DNA of 64,000 nucleotides. Origin: a virus. Lineage: Duplodnaviria > Heunggongvirae > Uroviricota > Caudoviricetes. Where the stretch lies: IMG/VR virus record IMGVR_UViG_2724678985_000012, one strand, 5' to 3'. Below the pieces are notes generated by a model. The model worked only from the letters and a program-made list of their open reading frames with translations, had not been told where the DNA came from and did no database searches. This document shows, in pieces, positions 48,683 through 58,495 of this stretch; the stretch's first letter is position 1, and every line of letters begins with the position of its first letter. The position numbers and the translations under genes are program-made.

Positions 48683-49299
48683 TTAAGTTGAATTGTGAAT
48701 TTCCCCGATGTACATTCACTACCGATTGGTACACCGGTCAACTTTTTGAGACAAACTGTTTAGTTTTTCGTATTATTGCCGCCGCCATACCTATGGCGGT
48801 GCAATATAGGTGGCTGAAAAGCCCCCGTTGACTCACGGTGTTCCAGCCTTTATTGCGCCGCCACCAGACCGTGGAACAGTCGATGGCGGCTCCGAAAGCA
48901 AGGAGTCACTACACTATGAACAACTACAGTCTTTTCCCATCACTCGTCGTCCACCACTCACGCGATAATCTGCATTCTTTACTCGCGCCGGGGGTGTCAA
49001 AATGACTGTTCGCTACCTCAACTTTCAAATCAAGAACATTACTGGCGGTTGCTATGACTGGTTTGTCACTCTCGGAAAAGAAGTGATTACTGGTAAACTG
49101 GATGAAGTGAAAGCTAAAGCAATGGCCTACGCCTGCAAGCAAACCAGGAAGAAATCCGCCAAAGCATAAAATACTGACTGTTGCGCCCTGGCATTATCGT
49201 GGGGTATATTTCTACGGCACCTTAGAAAAACGGGTGCCGGGATTGGAACCCCGGATAATGTCAAAGGCGACACAGACGCCGAAAGCGTCTTTTTTTGTG

Positions 49300-49481
49300 T
49301 CACGCCATCGCACAGCCATACGTAGCGTTTAGCTCAGAGATCAATGGTAGTGCTGGCTGGGCTGCCGAAAGGCAGGCCGGTTCCCTTTGACGCCGGTAGT
49401 TCCAACCCAGTCAGTGCTACCGCCATTGAGATTGGAACCTCACGCGGTAGCTCCTTAACTTAGTCAAAGGAGGCTGCCAAT
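49300..49481 (+). ncRNA. c4-like antisense RNA / icd leader region of immI module 2 (boundaries approximate)
   Basis: follows terminator gacgc-cgaaa-gcgtcTTTTTTT; tRNA-like GTTTAGCTCAG; GGTAGTGCTGGCTGGG pairs with CCCAGTCAGTGCTACC 45 nt downstream. Confidence 0.35.
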
Positions 49482-49697
49482 ATGGCTACTATCCCTACCC
49501 CAACTCATTCTGAATTTATCTGGCGTTTCTATTCCTGCCAAAAACACCTGTATATCTGCGTCATGGCTGCTACCGAAGCAGAGGCGCGCTCATACCTTCC
49601 CGAAGAACCCTGCATTTTTGCTGCTCGCTTCACTCTTGATGCGATGGAGATCCTCAATTACTGGAATCTGCCGATGAACTGCGTGGAGGTGCACTGA
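49482..49697 (+). CDS. icd: Icd-like small protein (immI module 2)
   Basis: 71 aa; paralog of 10184-10408 (shared EFIWRF...QKH...AATE.EARS); stop overlaps ant. Confidence 0.5.
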   Translation: MATIPTPTHSEFIWRFYSCQKHLYICVMAATEAEARSYLPEEPCIFAARFTLDAMEILNYWNLPMNCVEVH

Positions 49698-50638
49698 TGA
49701 ATCTGTCCATCTCTCAAAAAGCGACAATGACCAGTATTGAGATCGCGGAACTGGTGGGAAGTCGTCACTCTGATGTTAAACGCAGCATCGAAAGACTTGT
49801 TGCTAAAGGAGTTATCCAACATACGCCATTGGCTACAGTTGAGAATAATCAATCACTTAGCCCTAATAAATACACAAAAGCCTATTTCTTCGAAGGCGAA
49901 CAAGGCAAGCGCGATAGTATTGTCGTCGTCGCGCAGCTCTCTCCCGAATTCACCGCCCGGCTGGTGGACCGCTGGCGCGAATTGGAGAATGCCCGGGTAC
50001 AGTTAAAATCAAAAGCCGAAATTCTGGCTGAAATGGCGCAAATGCATCTTGAACATGAACGCCGGATCAACGCCGTAAATGCCCAGGTAGCCGAGGTATC
50101 GGCACAAGTGTCCAGGGTCGCTGAAACCGTTGAGCAAATCAAGAAAGGCAATATGCCGGAAGGCTACATTGGCTACCGCCAGCTGGCGGCAAAATGCGGC
50201 CTGACCGAAGCCAAATGTCGCAACCTGGTCAACGCTTACCGGATTCCCACCGATACGCATGAGTTTTTAACTCCCGATGGTTTGCTTGCGCGACGCTCCA
50301 TTGTGGCCCTGGCCCCCTTCCGGAAAGCCTTTAAGCAGGTGATGTCGGAGGCAGAACCACGCAATAAACGCTGGTATCATCCAAAGATGGGGATGTTTCA
50401 GGCAATCAACCATCCTGTGCCTGAAAGCCCAAAGGATAATCTGTCACTACATACCGCCAGAGAGAAGATCAGGACTGGATACGCAACAGTGTGTCGTCGT
50501 TCTTCCTGGCCTGAAGGTATATGGGTGTGGCCCGAAGGTGGATCACGAAAGCACTGGCGCACTATCCGGGATGGGAAAATCCATGCTATTGATTTAGCTC
50601 CAGAGGATGTTGTTGCTACGGACTGGATTGTTAGTTAA
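49697..50638 (+). CDS. ant: antirepressor Ant, copy 2, with fused C-terminal DUF2829-like domain
   Basis: 313 aa; conserved blocks with copy 1; C-terminal ...TDWIVS homologous to separate ORF 11112-11312. Confidence 0.7.
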   Translation: MNLSISQKATMTSIEIAELVGSRHSDVKRSIERLVAKGVIQHTPLATVENNQSLSPNKYTKAYFFEGEQGKRDSIVVVAQLSPEFTARLVDRWRELENARVQLKSKAEILAEMAQMHLEHERRINAVNAQVAEVSAQVSRVAETVEQIKKGNMPEGYIGYRQLAAKCGLTEAKCRNLVNAYRIPTDTHEFLTPDGLLARRSIVALAPFRKAFKQVMSEAEPRNKRWYHPKMGMFQAINHPVPESPKDNLSLHTAREKIRTGYATVCRRSSWPEGIWVWPEGGSRKHWRTIRDGKIHAIDLAPEDVVATDWIVS

Positions 50639-50765
50639 TAGCTTTTGCCCCGGTCAGGCCGGGGCATGATACCAATAAATTGCATAACATAGTGTAGATT
50701 AGTAAAATAGCATACTCACACAGCTTTATAATTATTTGTTTTTTTACGTTAAAGGATGAATAACT

Positions 50766-51116
50766 TTGGCTACTAAAATTAACTTAGAAAATCCTCGGAC
50801 AGGCGAGTCCATCTCAGGCTTTTATGGATTCTCCTGGACTACGTTCTTTTTTGGTGCCTTCCCGGCTTTGTTCAGGAAAGACTTTATAACTTTCATCGGG
50901 GTGTTCGTTGTGATGCTAATCCTGGCATTCCTCACTGCAGGAATTGGTCCTTGGGTAGCTTCACTTGTCTGGGCATTTATATACAATAAATATTTCACCG
51001 TAAATAAGATAAAACAAGGATTTGTATTTGCTGGCTCTCACACAGAAAATGAGTTAGCCGCCAGCAAACTTGGATTGGTCTTAAACCAAAACAACTGCAA
51101 AACTATTACCGAGTAA
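50766..51116 (+). CDS. small membrane protein (DUF2628-like)
   Basis: 116 aa; TTG start; two TM helices; AT-rich. Confidence 0.4.
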   Translation: MATKINLENPRTGESISGFYGFSWTTFFFGAFPALFRKDFITFIGVFVVMLILAFLTAGIGPWVASLVWAFIYNKYFTVNKIKQGFVFAGSHTENELAASKLGLVLNQNNCKTITE

Positions 51117-51157
51117 AATTCAAAAAGCAGGCTTAGTCGTTAAGCCTGCTTTATCAA

Positions 51158-52000
51158 TTACGAATCTTGCTGGCAATTCAGAAACATAAATGCCCGCTTG
51201 TCCGTCAAATCAGTGACATAATATTCTCTCGTTCCTGTAGGTTTTATTCTACGGGCATATACAAACTTATGTACCGGTTGTTTATCTCCATAACTCACTT
51301 CTGTCCTAAACTCATCAACCACGCTACCATCTTTTTCAGTTTCCTTTCTCACTAGCTGATTTTCTAATACAGGCTTTGATTCGTCCATGCCACTAAAAGC
51401 ATCCTGACCTGTGCTGTTGCCTCGGTTTCCGCGTGGTAAATCCCATGAAAAATAAGTGCCATAGTCAGTAATCACACGATCCCATGTTCCGGAATCCCCC
51501 ATATAGTTAGAACGCTCCCCCTTGTAAGTTACAGCCACCTTACAGGCATACGTTTCACCATTATTTTTTTTATCATGTCCAGCCATGCTCGCTGTAGTTG
51601 CAGGAGTTGCAGGGGAATTATGAATAGATGCGCTTACATCATCTTGCGTTAATTCCTCAACTGGAGCAAATTCATATATGGGTGTGCCGAGGCTATTTAA
51701 ATATAACTTATATCTAACCCTAAGCGCACTTCCATCAGAGAATTCATACGTTCCCAGACATTGGAGCTTATTTTTTTCTCTTATCTCATTGATCTGATTA
51801 TAAGCATCAATTACAGAGATTGCTTCCTGATCGTCCTTCAGCAGTTCATTATAATCATCGATTAACATCTGTCTGGTTTTAGGGGCATTGCAGTCAATTT
51901 TGCTAAAATCATAAGCAAAGGCAAATGTGGGAACAGAGAGAGCAACAACAGTAGCAAGTATTGTTGAGGAACTTCTTTTTCCATTTTTTATAAAAAACAT
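51158..52000 (-). CDS. secreted protein of unknown function (AT-rich moron)
   Basis: ATG at 52000; signal peptide MFFIKNGKRSSSTILATVVALSVPTFAFA. Confidence 0.45.
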   Translation of the reverse strand: MFFIKNGKRSSSTILATVVALSVPTFAFAYDFSKIDCNAPKTRQMLIDDYNELLKDDQEAISVIDAYNQINEIREKNKLQCLGTYEFSDGSALRVRYKLYLNSLGTPIYEFAPVEELTQDDVSASIHNSPATPATTASMAGHDKKNNGETYACKVAVTYKGERSNYMGDSGTWDRVITDYGTYFSWDLPRGNRGNSTGQDAFSGMDESKPVLENQLVRKETEKDGSVVDEFRTEVSYGDKQPVHKFVYARRIKPTGTREYYVTDLTDKRAFMFLNCQQDS

Positions 52001-52289
52001 TTCATTAACTCCATACTTTACCATCTTAGCCGCGAGCGCGGTCCCTAAAACCCTTAACTTCACTGCACAGACCTTCATGCAATCAAAATGACTTTTATGT
52101 TATAAAAATAATCAGCCAAATCAACATGATTTAGGCCAAATTTCGGTCAAAAAATAAAATCCACAAAAAGTGGTTGACACTATTTTGGAAATCACAAACT
52201 GCACATAATCCATCGCGCTAACGGCTCCCGTTGAAGGTTCTTTTGACGATTAACTTTCAGCCGAAGCGCGGTAGGGAGTCATAACGCCA

Positions 52290-52321
52290 AAGCAGGCCGC
52301 CATGTGCGGCCTTTTTTTGTA
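52290..52321 (+). terminator. rho-independent terminator inside intergenic region (possible sRNA 3' end)
   Basis: aggccgc-catgt-gcggcc followed by TTTTTTT; TTGACA element about 115 nt upstream. Confidence 0.6.
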
Positions 52322-52345
52322 TCCGTCATCCGTGGAGGAAGGACA

Positions 52346-52999
52346 ATGGAAAAGATCGCAATATTCAGCCTGACCACCAGCAAGCCTCAAATGCTCACTG
52401 CAATACTGAAAGACGGTGCTCTCATTATTAACGAAGTAAAACCCCTTCCTGCGTCAGCATTGGAGCAAAAGCAAAAAATTCCTCCAGCTATAGCAGCCCT
52501 GCGGAAAAGCAAATTTAAGGTTCTAGTAGACGAAATTACGCCAACGATCTCCGCTGGCACCGGAGCAAGCCAGGTGACTCTCAAGACCCGTCATGCCGAT
52601 GGTAGAGCAGCAATCATCGTTGGGATGGAAAGATACAGAGAGTTAAAACTCCAGAAACTATTATCCCTGCCGCAAAATAACAAAGGTGCTTTCGAAATCC
52701 CCGACTCTATCGTTGATACCGAATACAACGGTAACGGAGAAGAAGTCTACAGGGTGAACTGGCAGGATATCAGGCCGGAGCATATTCTGATGATCCTGTG
52801 TTGCTACGCGACCGTATACCACAACGTTGCCAGTGCGGATTACGTAGAGCAGATGACCGGTACAGTCGAGAAAGAGCAAAAAACAGGCATACTCGCTTCG
52901 TTCCTTTCCATTATTGGGCATGAAAAAGTTAAAGCAGGCACCTCCCAGCCAAAGTCACTGGCTGGGAAAGAAGTTGATGAAGATACCGTGATACTTTGA
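52346..52999 (+). CDS. hypothetical protein
   Basis: 217 aa from MEKIAIFSL; GGAGGA SD. Confidence 0.4.
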   Translation: MEKIAIFSLTTSKPQMLTAILKDGALIINEVKPLPASALEQKQKIPPAIAALRKSKFKVLVDEITPTISAGTGASQVTLKTRHADGRAAIIVGMERYRELKLQKLLSLPQNNKGAFEIPDSIVDTEYNGNGEEVYRVNWQDIRPEHILMILCCYATVYHNVASADYVEQMTGTVEKEQKTGILASFLSIIGHEKVKAGTSQPKSLAGKEVDEDTVIL

Positions 53000-53327
53000 T
53001 CACATTAGTAGCTTTGTTAACTCCCTCAATACCAGGTAGAAGAGTAACAAAAATATTGACGCCAGTATTTGAGTGGACAATGAAGCGTTCATAAACAGAT
53101 CAATTAGCATTAATAATTCGAAGATAACATCCATGTCATTCACTCCGCTTAATTTTTAATCTAATGCCAGCAAATGAAGCTGGCCCCCGCATAAAGATTA
53201 ATGAAAGTCACTTGTCACCAGTGAGGGGATTTATGAACCACATCCCCCTGAACTGGTGGCCTGTCTGTTTCTCGCATTTCACACCCTGCATACAGTTTCC
53301 ACCAGGTTATGACTGAGAGGCTTTGTT

Positions 53328-53657
53328 ATGGGCTATAGCAGACTCGACGATAGGTATATTGAAGACGATATTTTTCGTGCGCTGTTTCACCAGGAAATGA
53401 TTAAGCGGGTATCGGAGTATCACTCTGATAATTTCCAGTACACGATAAAGATTGATGAAGTATATCGTTCAGACCTTGCAGCCTACAGGGCGTATGGCAA
53501 TGCAGATTTGCGCTGGGTATTCCGGGTGCTGGTGGGCCATGAGTCAGAAATGGAAGAAATGCCCGCCGGGACCACGTTAACTCTTCCTGATGTGGCATGG
53601 CTGAGGAACAAGATCCGTGATTACGCGAGCGCGGAACCGGAGATAGAAAATGCCTGA
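53328..53657 (+). CDS. hypothetical protein
   Basis: 109 aa ORF. Confidence 0.4.
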   Translation: MGYSRLDDRYIEDDIFRALFHQEMIKRVSEYHSDNFQYTIKIDEVYRSDLAAYRAYGNADLRWVFRVLVGHESEMEEMPAGTTLTLPDVAWLRNKIRDYASAEPEIENA

Positions 53658-54840
53658 TTTCCTGAAAAACCAGGACGGGCGCTATATCACTGACGGTCTG
53701 TCCTCTAAGGACTTCACGCGTTTATTCGACCTTATCAGGAAAGAACAAACCCGTAAGCGCCGACAAGCTCACCGGACGCTGACGCCAGGCAGACTTAGGA
53801 ACAAATCCGCCGAAGATATTCTCAAGTTAGGGAAGAAAAAAGGCGGCACGTTCTTTACGCGAGACGATCTGAAAGGCTTCGAAAAGCTACGGAGTAAAAC
53901 GCGCGAAAAATATGACAGCAAGACGGCTGGCATCACATACGCCCAGCTGGTGGCATCCAGCCAGGCTATCGATATTAAGCGTGCAAATAACGCCGTGGAT
54001 GACGGATCTGGTATCAAAAGAGCTACACCCGTATCTCTTCGCCACAATGTGATTAATATCCGCGTAGAAGCATCGGATATATCCGTCCACCAGCACCATA
54101 TCGTCCGGATACGCTTTGAAGAATGGGATCAGATGGTTGATGATATCGCAGAAGACGATAAATCAGCTCTCAAAATCACTAAATCACTGTGCGCCGGGCG
54201 AGTGTCTTTCGATTGTGACTGTGGTCGTCATCAATACTGGTATCGTTACATCGCCACTGCGGGTAACTTTGCCCTGGCACCGCCAAAAGAATACGCCTAT
54301 CCAAAAGTTCGCAACCCGAAGCTGCAAGGCGTCGCCTGTAAACACGTGATCCACTCAATGACGCGGTTACAGTCCGCCAGTTGGCAAATGAGTATTGCTC
54401 GTGCGCTACAAAAGGCTGCAACGCAAATTGCATTTGGTGACGATCGCCGCCGTACAACCAAACACTTCTCAAAAGAAGACGAGAAGGAGTTTAATCGCAA
54501 TCGTAGCAGTAAAACGAACGTTGACGCTGCCAAGCGAGAATGGAGGCTCTATCAGAAGCGCCAGGCCGCTTTAAGCACAAAACTGGCAAAGGACAACGGC
54601 AAGATTGACAAGCTACGTGACCAACTGACCAAGGCCAGAAAGTTGTCAGACGCACAGAAAAAACGGGCGGCAGCAAAAGAAGCGGCGTTGCAACGTGAGA
54701 AACAGAAAAACAAGGAGCTTCAGCAACGCCTGGCCGATCAGTTCGCACTGAAGAAGCAGGCGTTCATTGATGCGCTTGTCATGGCTGGAACACCACCAGC
54801 ACAAGCTGAAAAAATGTTCATGGAGTACATAAAAAATTAA
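53650..54840 (+). CDS. SWIM-zinc-finger-like protein with basic coiled-coil C-terminus
   Basis: 396 aa; FDCDCGRH...CKHVIH resembles SWIM CxC...CxH. Confidence 0.4.
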   Translation: MPDFLKNQDGRYITDGLSSKDFTRLFDLIRKEQTRKRRQAHRTLTPGRLRNKSAEDILKLGKKKGGTFFTRDDLKGFEKLRSKTREKYDSKTAGITYAQLVASSQAIDIKRANNAVDDGSGIKRATPVSLRHNVINIRVEASDISVHQHHIVRIRFEEWDQMVDDIAEDDKSALKITKSLCAGRVSFDCDCGRHQYWYRYIATAGNFALAPPKEYAYPKVRNPKLQGVACKHVIHSMTRLQSASWQMSIARALQKAATQIAFGDDRRRTTKHFSKEDEKEFNRNRSSKTNVDAAKREWRLYQKRQAALSTKLAKDNGKIDKLRDQLTKARKLSDAQKKRAAAKEAALQREKQKNKELQQRLADQFALKKQAFIDALVMAGTPPAQAEKMFMEYIKN

Positions 54841-54842
54841 CA

Positions 54843-54870
54843 AAGGTGGGTTTATCCCACCTTTTTATTA
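54843..54870. terminator. bidirectional rho-independent terminator
   Basis: ggtggg-tttat-cccacc flanked by A-run and T-run. Confidence 0.7.
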
Positions 54871-55586
54871 GCATCGCATTTAATTTTTTCAAGTGAATCA
54901 GAAAGCTTTGAGAGAAGCTCCTCAAGTGTTTCCCTGTCATTTGTATCACCCGAACGAAAAGATGAGTTTTTCACGGCGGTAAAAAATTCATAAAAATCAT
55001 CCACCGAATTTAAGCTCTCACCTTTCTCTCTATATAATTTAATAATATGAATGATATCGCTATCCACACATTCAATCTGTTTCCTAATTTCTTTAAGCCG
55101 TTTTTCTAATGATTCAAGTTCTTCTTCTTCTTGTTCAATATACTTTTTAACGTCTCTCTGCTTCTTAATGGCTTTCTTAATATCACTGTTAATTGTCCTT
55201 ATTTGTTCTTTTTTATTTGCAATTTCATCTATTTTTCTTAATTTAGCATATAATGTGCTTGTCACCAAAGAAATTAACAGGGTTAACAGTGGCGCTAATA
55301 TTGACGCCACAACACCATAAATAAAAGGCAAAACAAAATGAGCTACGAACGATGGTAAAAAAAGATTCCCCAATAATGGGATCTTTTCCCCGACAAACAC
55401 TATAGATAATGTATACATAACATCATCTTTTGACTTCAGTAATATAAATATGTCTCGCCAATTAGAAATTAAAAACGAAATAAAAATGTAGGCAAAAACC
55501 TTATTAAACAACTTATCTTTTACAGCATCTTCTAACAGATTTTGGGTAGAGGAGTTTTCCTTTTCTATTGATGAATCAGCGCTCAT
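54852..55586 (-). CDS. AT-rich membrane protein: N-terminal TM helices + C-terminal coiled coil (candidate abortive-infection / exclusion effector)
   Basis: 244 aa; about 33% GC; own promoter region; terminator hairpin upstream. Confidence 0.45.
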   Translation of the reverse strand: MSADSSIEKENSSTQNLLEDAVKDKLFNKVFAYIFISFLISNWRDIFILLKSKDDVMYTLSIVFVGEKIPLLGNLFLPSFVAHFVLPFIYGVVASILAPLLTLLISLVTSTLYAKLRKIDEIANKKEQIRTINSDIKKAIKKQRDVKKYIEQEEEELESLEKRLKEIRKQIECVDSDIIHIIKLYREKGESLNSVDDFYEFFTAVKNSSFRSGDTNDRETLEELLSKLSDSLEKIKCDANKKVG

Positions 55587-55646
55587 ATAATTACCAAATA
55601 TTTAAACATTGATTTTATGTAAAAGCGGTCATCCAGACCGCAAAAC

Positions 55647-56006
55647 TTAAACACCAACCAGACTTTCCAGTGGAATACCAAACTGGGCATGTAAACGACG
55701 AATCATAGGTAACGTCAAATTTCGTGTCCCATTAAGCACTTCGTAAACACGGTTTGACTTACCAATTGCCGGTTCCAGATCCTTCACGGTCAGTCCTTGC
55801 TGTTCCATACGGAATTTAATGGCCTCAATAGGTGATGGTGGCTCAATTGGGTAATGTTTTTTCTCGTACTCCTCAATGAGAAGACACATAACCTCAAAGA
55901 AATCGCCTTCCGGTGTGTTCATTTCCGGTTCGTTATCGAACATCGGTTCGACCGCACGCAGTGCGGCCTCATAATCTTGTTCTGTACGGATAGGTTTAAT
56001 GTTCAT
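55647..56006 (-). CDS. HigA-type (ygjM-like) HTH antitoxin-like protein, orphan
   Basis: 119 aa; C-terminal IGKSNRVYEVLNGTRNLTLPMIRRLHAQFGI HTH; flanked by terminators. Confidence 0.55.
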   Translation of the reverse strand: MNIKPIRTEQDYEAALRAVEPMFDNEPEMNTPEGDFFEVMCLLIEEYEKKHYPIEPPSPIEAIKFRMEQQGLTVKDLEPAIGKSNRVYEVLNGTRNLTLPMIRRLHAQFGIPLESLVGV

Positions 56007-56062
56007 TAATTACAAAGGAAAGCCCACTTGCTAAGTGGGCTTTTTGTATGTGTTTTACTATA

Positions 56063-56401
56063 TCAGGCTGCTTTTTTATTCAGGTTCCGCTGAGAAATAA
56101 ATTTTTCAGCAGTATTGATACGACTTAACTCTTCCTGAACGCGCATATCATTTTCGACTTCCCACAGTTCTACTGCGGTCTGAAGATTAATCCAAAAATC
56201 TACAGAAGTATCGAATGCTTTTGCCAGGCGATATGCCATATCCATCGTTAGCTTACGATTATTATTAACAAGAGCACTTACGGTGTTACGATGAACATGA
56301 AGTATTTCTGCTAACTCGTTGATCTTCAGCTCTAACGGCTCCAGGTATTCGTACAGCAGGATATCACCTACGGTCGTCGGTTTTCTGGTTGCCTGTTTCA
56401 T
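56063..56401 (-). CDS. higA: HigA antitoxin (N-terminal HTH family)
   Basis: 112 aa; VGDILLYEYLEPLELKINELAEILHVHRNTVSALVN...FWINLQ. Confidence 0.75.
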   Translation of the reverse strand: MKQATRKPTTVGDILLYEYLEPLELKINELAEILHVHRNTVSALVNNNRKLTMDMAYRLAKAFDTSVDFWINLQTAVELWEVENDMRVQEELSRINTAEKFISQRNLNKKAA

Positions 56402-56471
56402 TTTTTGCCCTTACTAGCGTGCGTATTAAGTGGACTCTGGTCAGAACCCGGTCCGTAACCGGGTATCTGTT

Positions 56472-56774
56472 TTAGTATTTGTGAGGGTCGAGATACAAGT
56501 CCTCGGCCTTTCCGTTAACCCACTTAAAAATTAACCTATATTGCTTATTCACCCTTACTGATGAATAGCCATTTAGCTTCCCTGACAGTTCCTCATACCG
56601 ATTACCTGGTGGTGATCTTAAATCCTTACAGGTAGTTGCGGCATTGATAATGTCCAACTTCCGTGACAATGTCATATGAATATCAGGAGGTATCTTTCTA
56701 TGTGGTGTTGAAAATTCAAAAAAATCATCAAGCCACGCATCCCTGAAATCCTTTATGTTAATTTTTTTGGTCAT
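56472..56774 (-). CDS. higB: HigB toxin (RelE/ParE superfamily)
   Basis: 100 aa; DLRSPPGNRYEELSG...VRVNKQYRLIFKW motif; upstream of higA. Confidence 0.75.
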   Translation of the reverse strand: MTKKINIKDFRDAWLDDFFEFSTPHRKIPPDIHMTLSRKLDIINAATTCKDLRSPPGNRYEELSGKLNGYSSVRVNKQYRLIFKWVNGKAEDLYLDPHKY

Positions 56775-56936
56775 TAGTCATTTGATCCTCCGTGATGATT
56801 ACCGAATGCCATAACTATAGCGCACCGTTGCACTGTGCGCAAGTGCATTTTATGAATTCCCCCTCCTTCATCCAAAATCACAATCTCCCGAAAATCTTCC
56901 TTTCGATACCTGACAGATCGACCTTTGAGGATGCTT

Positions 56937-57728
56937 ATGGGCCGTTTTGACGAATGGTTTGCTGACGATGCAAACCTGGCAAGTAAGGAGTCAGAACATG
57001 ACAGCACGCAGAGAGAAACGCCAGCGCCGATTGAAGCGAATGCAGGAGGCGCGCCGGAACATGGCAATACCGGTTCGGATTCATTCAGCATTCTGGAAGA
57101 GCAACCCGCCGCCAAAGCTGATAGCCATGATAATTTTGCTGATAGCAACGGTGGCCTTACTCCGGATGCTGGCGAATCAGATATAGCCATACTTCCATCT
57201 TCCCTGGCTGGCAGAGAACCGACTCCACAGTTAAAAGCACGCTATAACGGGCATAAAGCCTTTAACGACCAAATCCGCGCAGACTGGATGCTGATTATTG
57301 AATCCAGCCCAGACGCGTTTCAGGCTCTCTTATATCGACCAGATGTTGGCACATATGGGGTAGTCAGCGACGAAACAGGAGAAGAGTCATTCACTGAACT
57401 GGATAACAACCAACGCGAACTGACTTACCAGGAACCTGAAATCGTTTATGTGCTGGATAACCCTGACGGGCGTGACTCTTTCCATGCGATTGACGCAGAC
57501 GGTGAGCAGGATGGCTTAACCGATGATGTTCTGATTCTGCGTATTGCAGCAAATAACGTCCCCGTCGGCTCAATTCTTGAATGGAATGAAGAGATGGTAA
57601 ACGGCGTAGCCCGCCGCTGGTGGTACGTGCACCGTATTTTTAGCTACGGCACACAGCATGTTGGTTCGCTTTACTACTGCATACCTGCCAGAAATTTTGA
57701 TACGACTCAAAACGGAGTGATCGAATGA
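56937..57728 (+). CDS. hypothetical protein (acidic; first gene of tail/baseplate-proximal operon)
   Basis: ATG 56937 with GAGGA SD. Confidence 0.4.
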   Translation: MGRFDEWFADDANLASKESEHDSTQRETPAPIEANAGGAPEHGNTGSDSFSILEEQPAAKADSHDNFADSNGGLTPDAGESDIAILPSSLAGREPTPQLKARYNGHKAFNDQIRADWMLIIESSPDAFQALLYRPDVGTYGVVSDETGEESFTELDNNQRELTYQEPEIVYVLDNPDGRDSFHAIDADGEQDGLTDDVLILRIAANNVPVGSILEWNEEMVNGVARRWWYVHRIFSYGTQHVGSLYYCIPARNFDTTQNGVIE

Positions 57729-58492
57729 CTTCAAATAAAACCCTCCTGGCACGAACAGGTGAATGGCAAACCTCACGCACAGGAAAATTCCAGACCACGG
57801 GCTTTGAAAACGTGGATAACGCGTTTGCTACGCTAATCAGCAATATCTTTTCTGATATCTTACTGGTGGCCCCCGCGCCGGAAGAAAAACGCTTTGCGTC
57901 ATTCCTGAATCGTCCACCAGCAGAGCGTGTCTATGTGGCCCGTTTCGACAATGCGATCGAGTTTCTTAAAGCAGTTCGTCGCGCAAATGCCGGGCAAGGG
58001 AGAAAACCTGAAAACCAGAACATTAACCGGGATGCTCTCCCCCTGGTCAATATCTCACGCACTATGGATATCAATTATATCAACGATGATCAGCAGATTG
58101 ACCGCAAAAAAGTAGCCAGTTTTTGCGAACCGGATACCGGAATGCCTTTAGCAGAACTGGAATACACCCAGGCCATTCTGACGTATGACGTTACGTTAAT
58201 GGCAACTGATAAAGCGACCATGAGTCTGATGTGTAATTCGCTGGGCGCACGGCTTCGCCTGATGACAGGTACACAATTTGAAGCAACCACTCACCTTGTT
58301 CGTGTCCCGGTCCCGCTGATTTGCTCGATACAGGATGCCAAAGAAGTCGGCTTTACGGATGTTTCAGCACCAATTGGAGAAGAGCGTATTTATGCCACAC
58401 AAGCGCCGATAAGTGTGATTGCAGACGTGATCACAGCATGGGAGTTGGACGCAAAACGTATTATTACCGAAACCTCGATATCTATGGGGTGA
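57725..58492 (+). CDS. hypothetical protein
   Basis: 255 aa; ATGA overlap. Confidence 0.4.
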   Translation: MTSNKTLLARTGEWQTSRTGKFQTTGFENVDNAFATLISNIFSDILLVAPAPEEKRFASFLNRPPAERVYVARFDNAIEFLKAVRRANAGQGRKPENQNINRDALPLVNISRTMDINYINDDQQIDRKKVASFCEPDTGMPLAELEYTQAILTYDVTLMATDKATMSLMCNSLGARLRLMTGTQFEATTHLVRVPVPLICSIQDAKEVGFTDVSAPIGEERIYATQAPISVIADVITAWELDAKRIITETSISMG

Positions 58493-58495
58493 TAA

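Noticed and set aside
52174-52208. Sigma-70 promoter from TTGACA at 52174 and CATAAT at 52203
   Set aside because: Spacing between the two hexamers is about 23 bp, too long for a canonical promoter; only the downstream terminator is reported.
56774-57190. 138-aa minus-strand ORF overlapping the 56937-57728 gene
   Set aside because: Ala/Ser-rich low-complexity translation, overlaps a better-supported plus-strand gene with SD and operon context.
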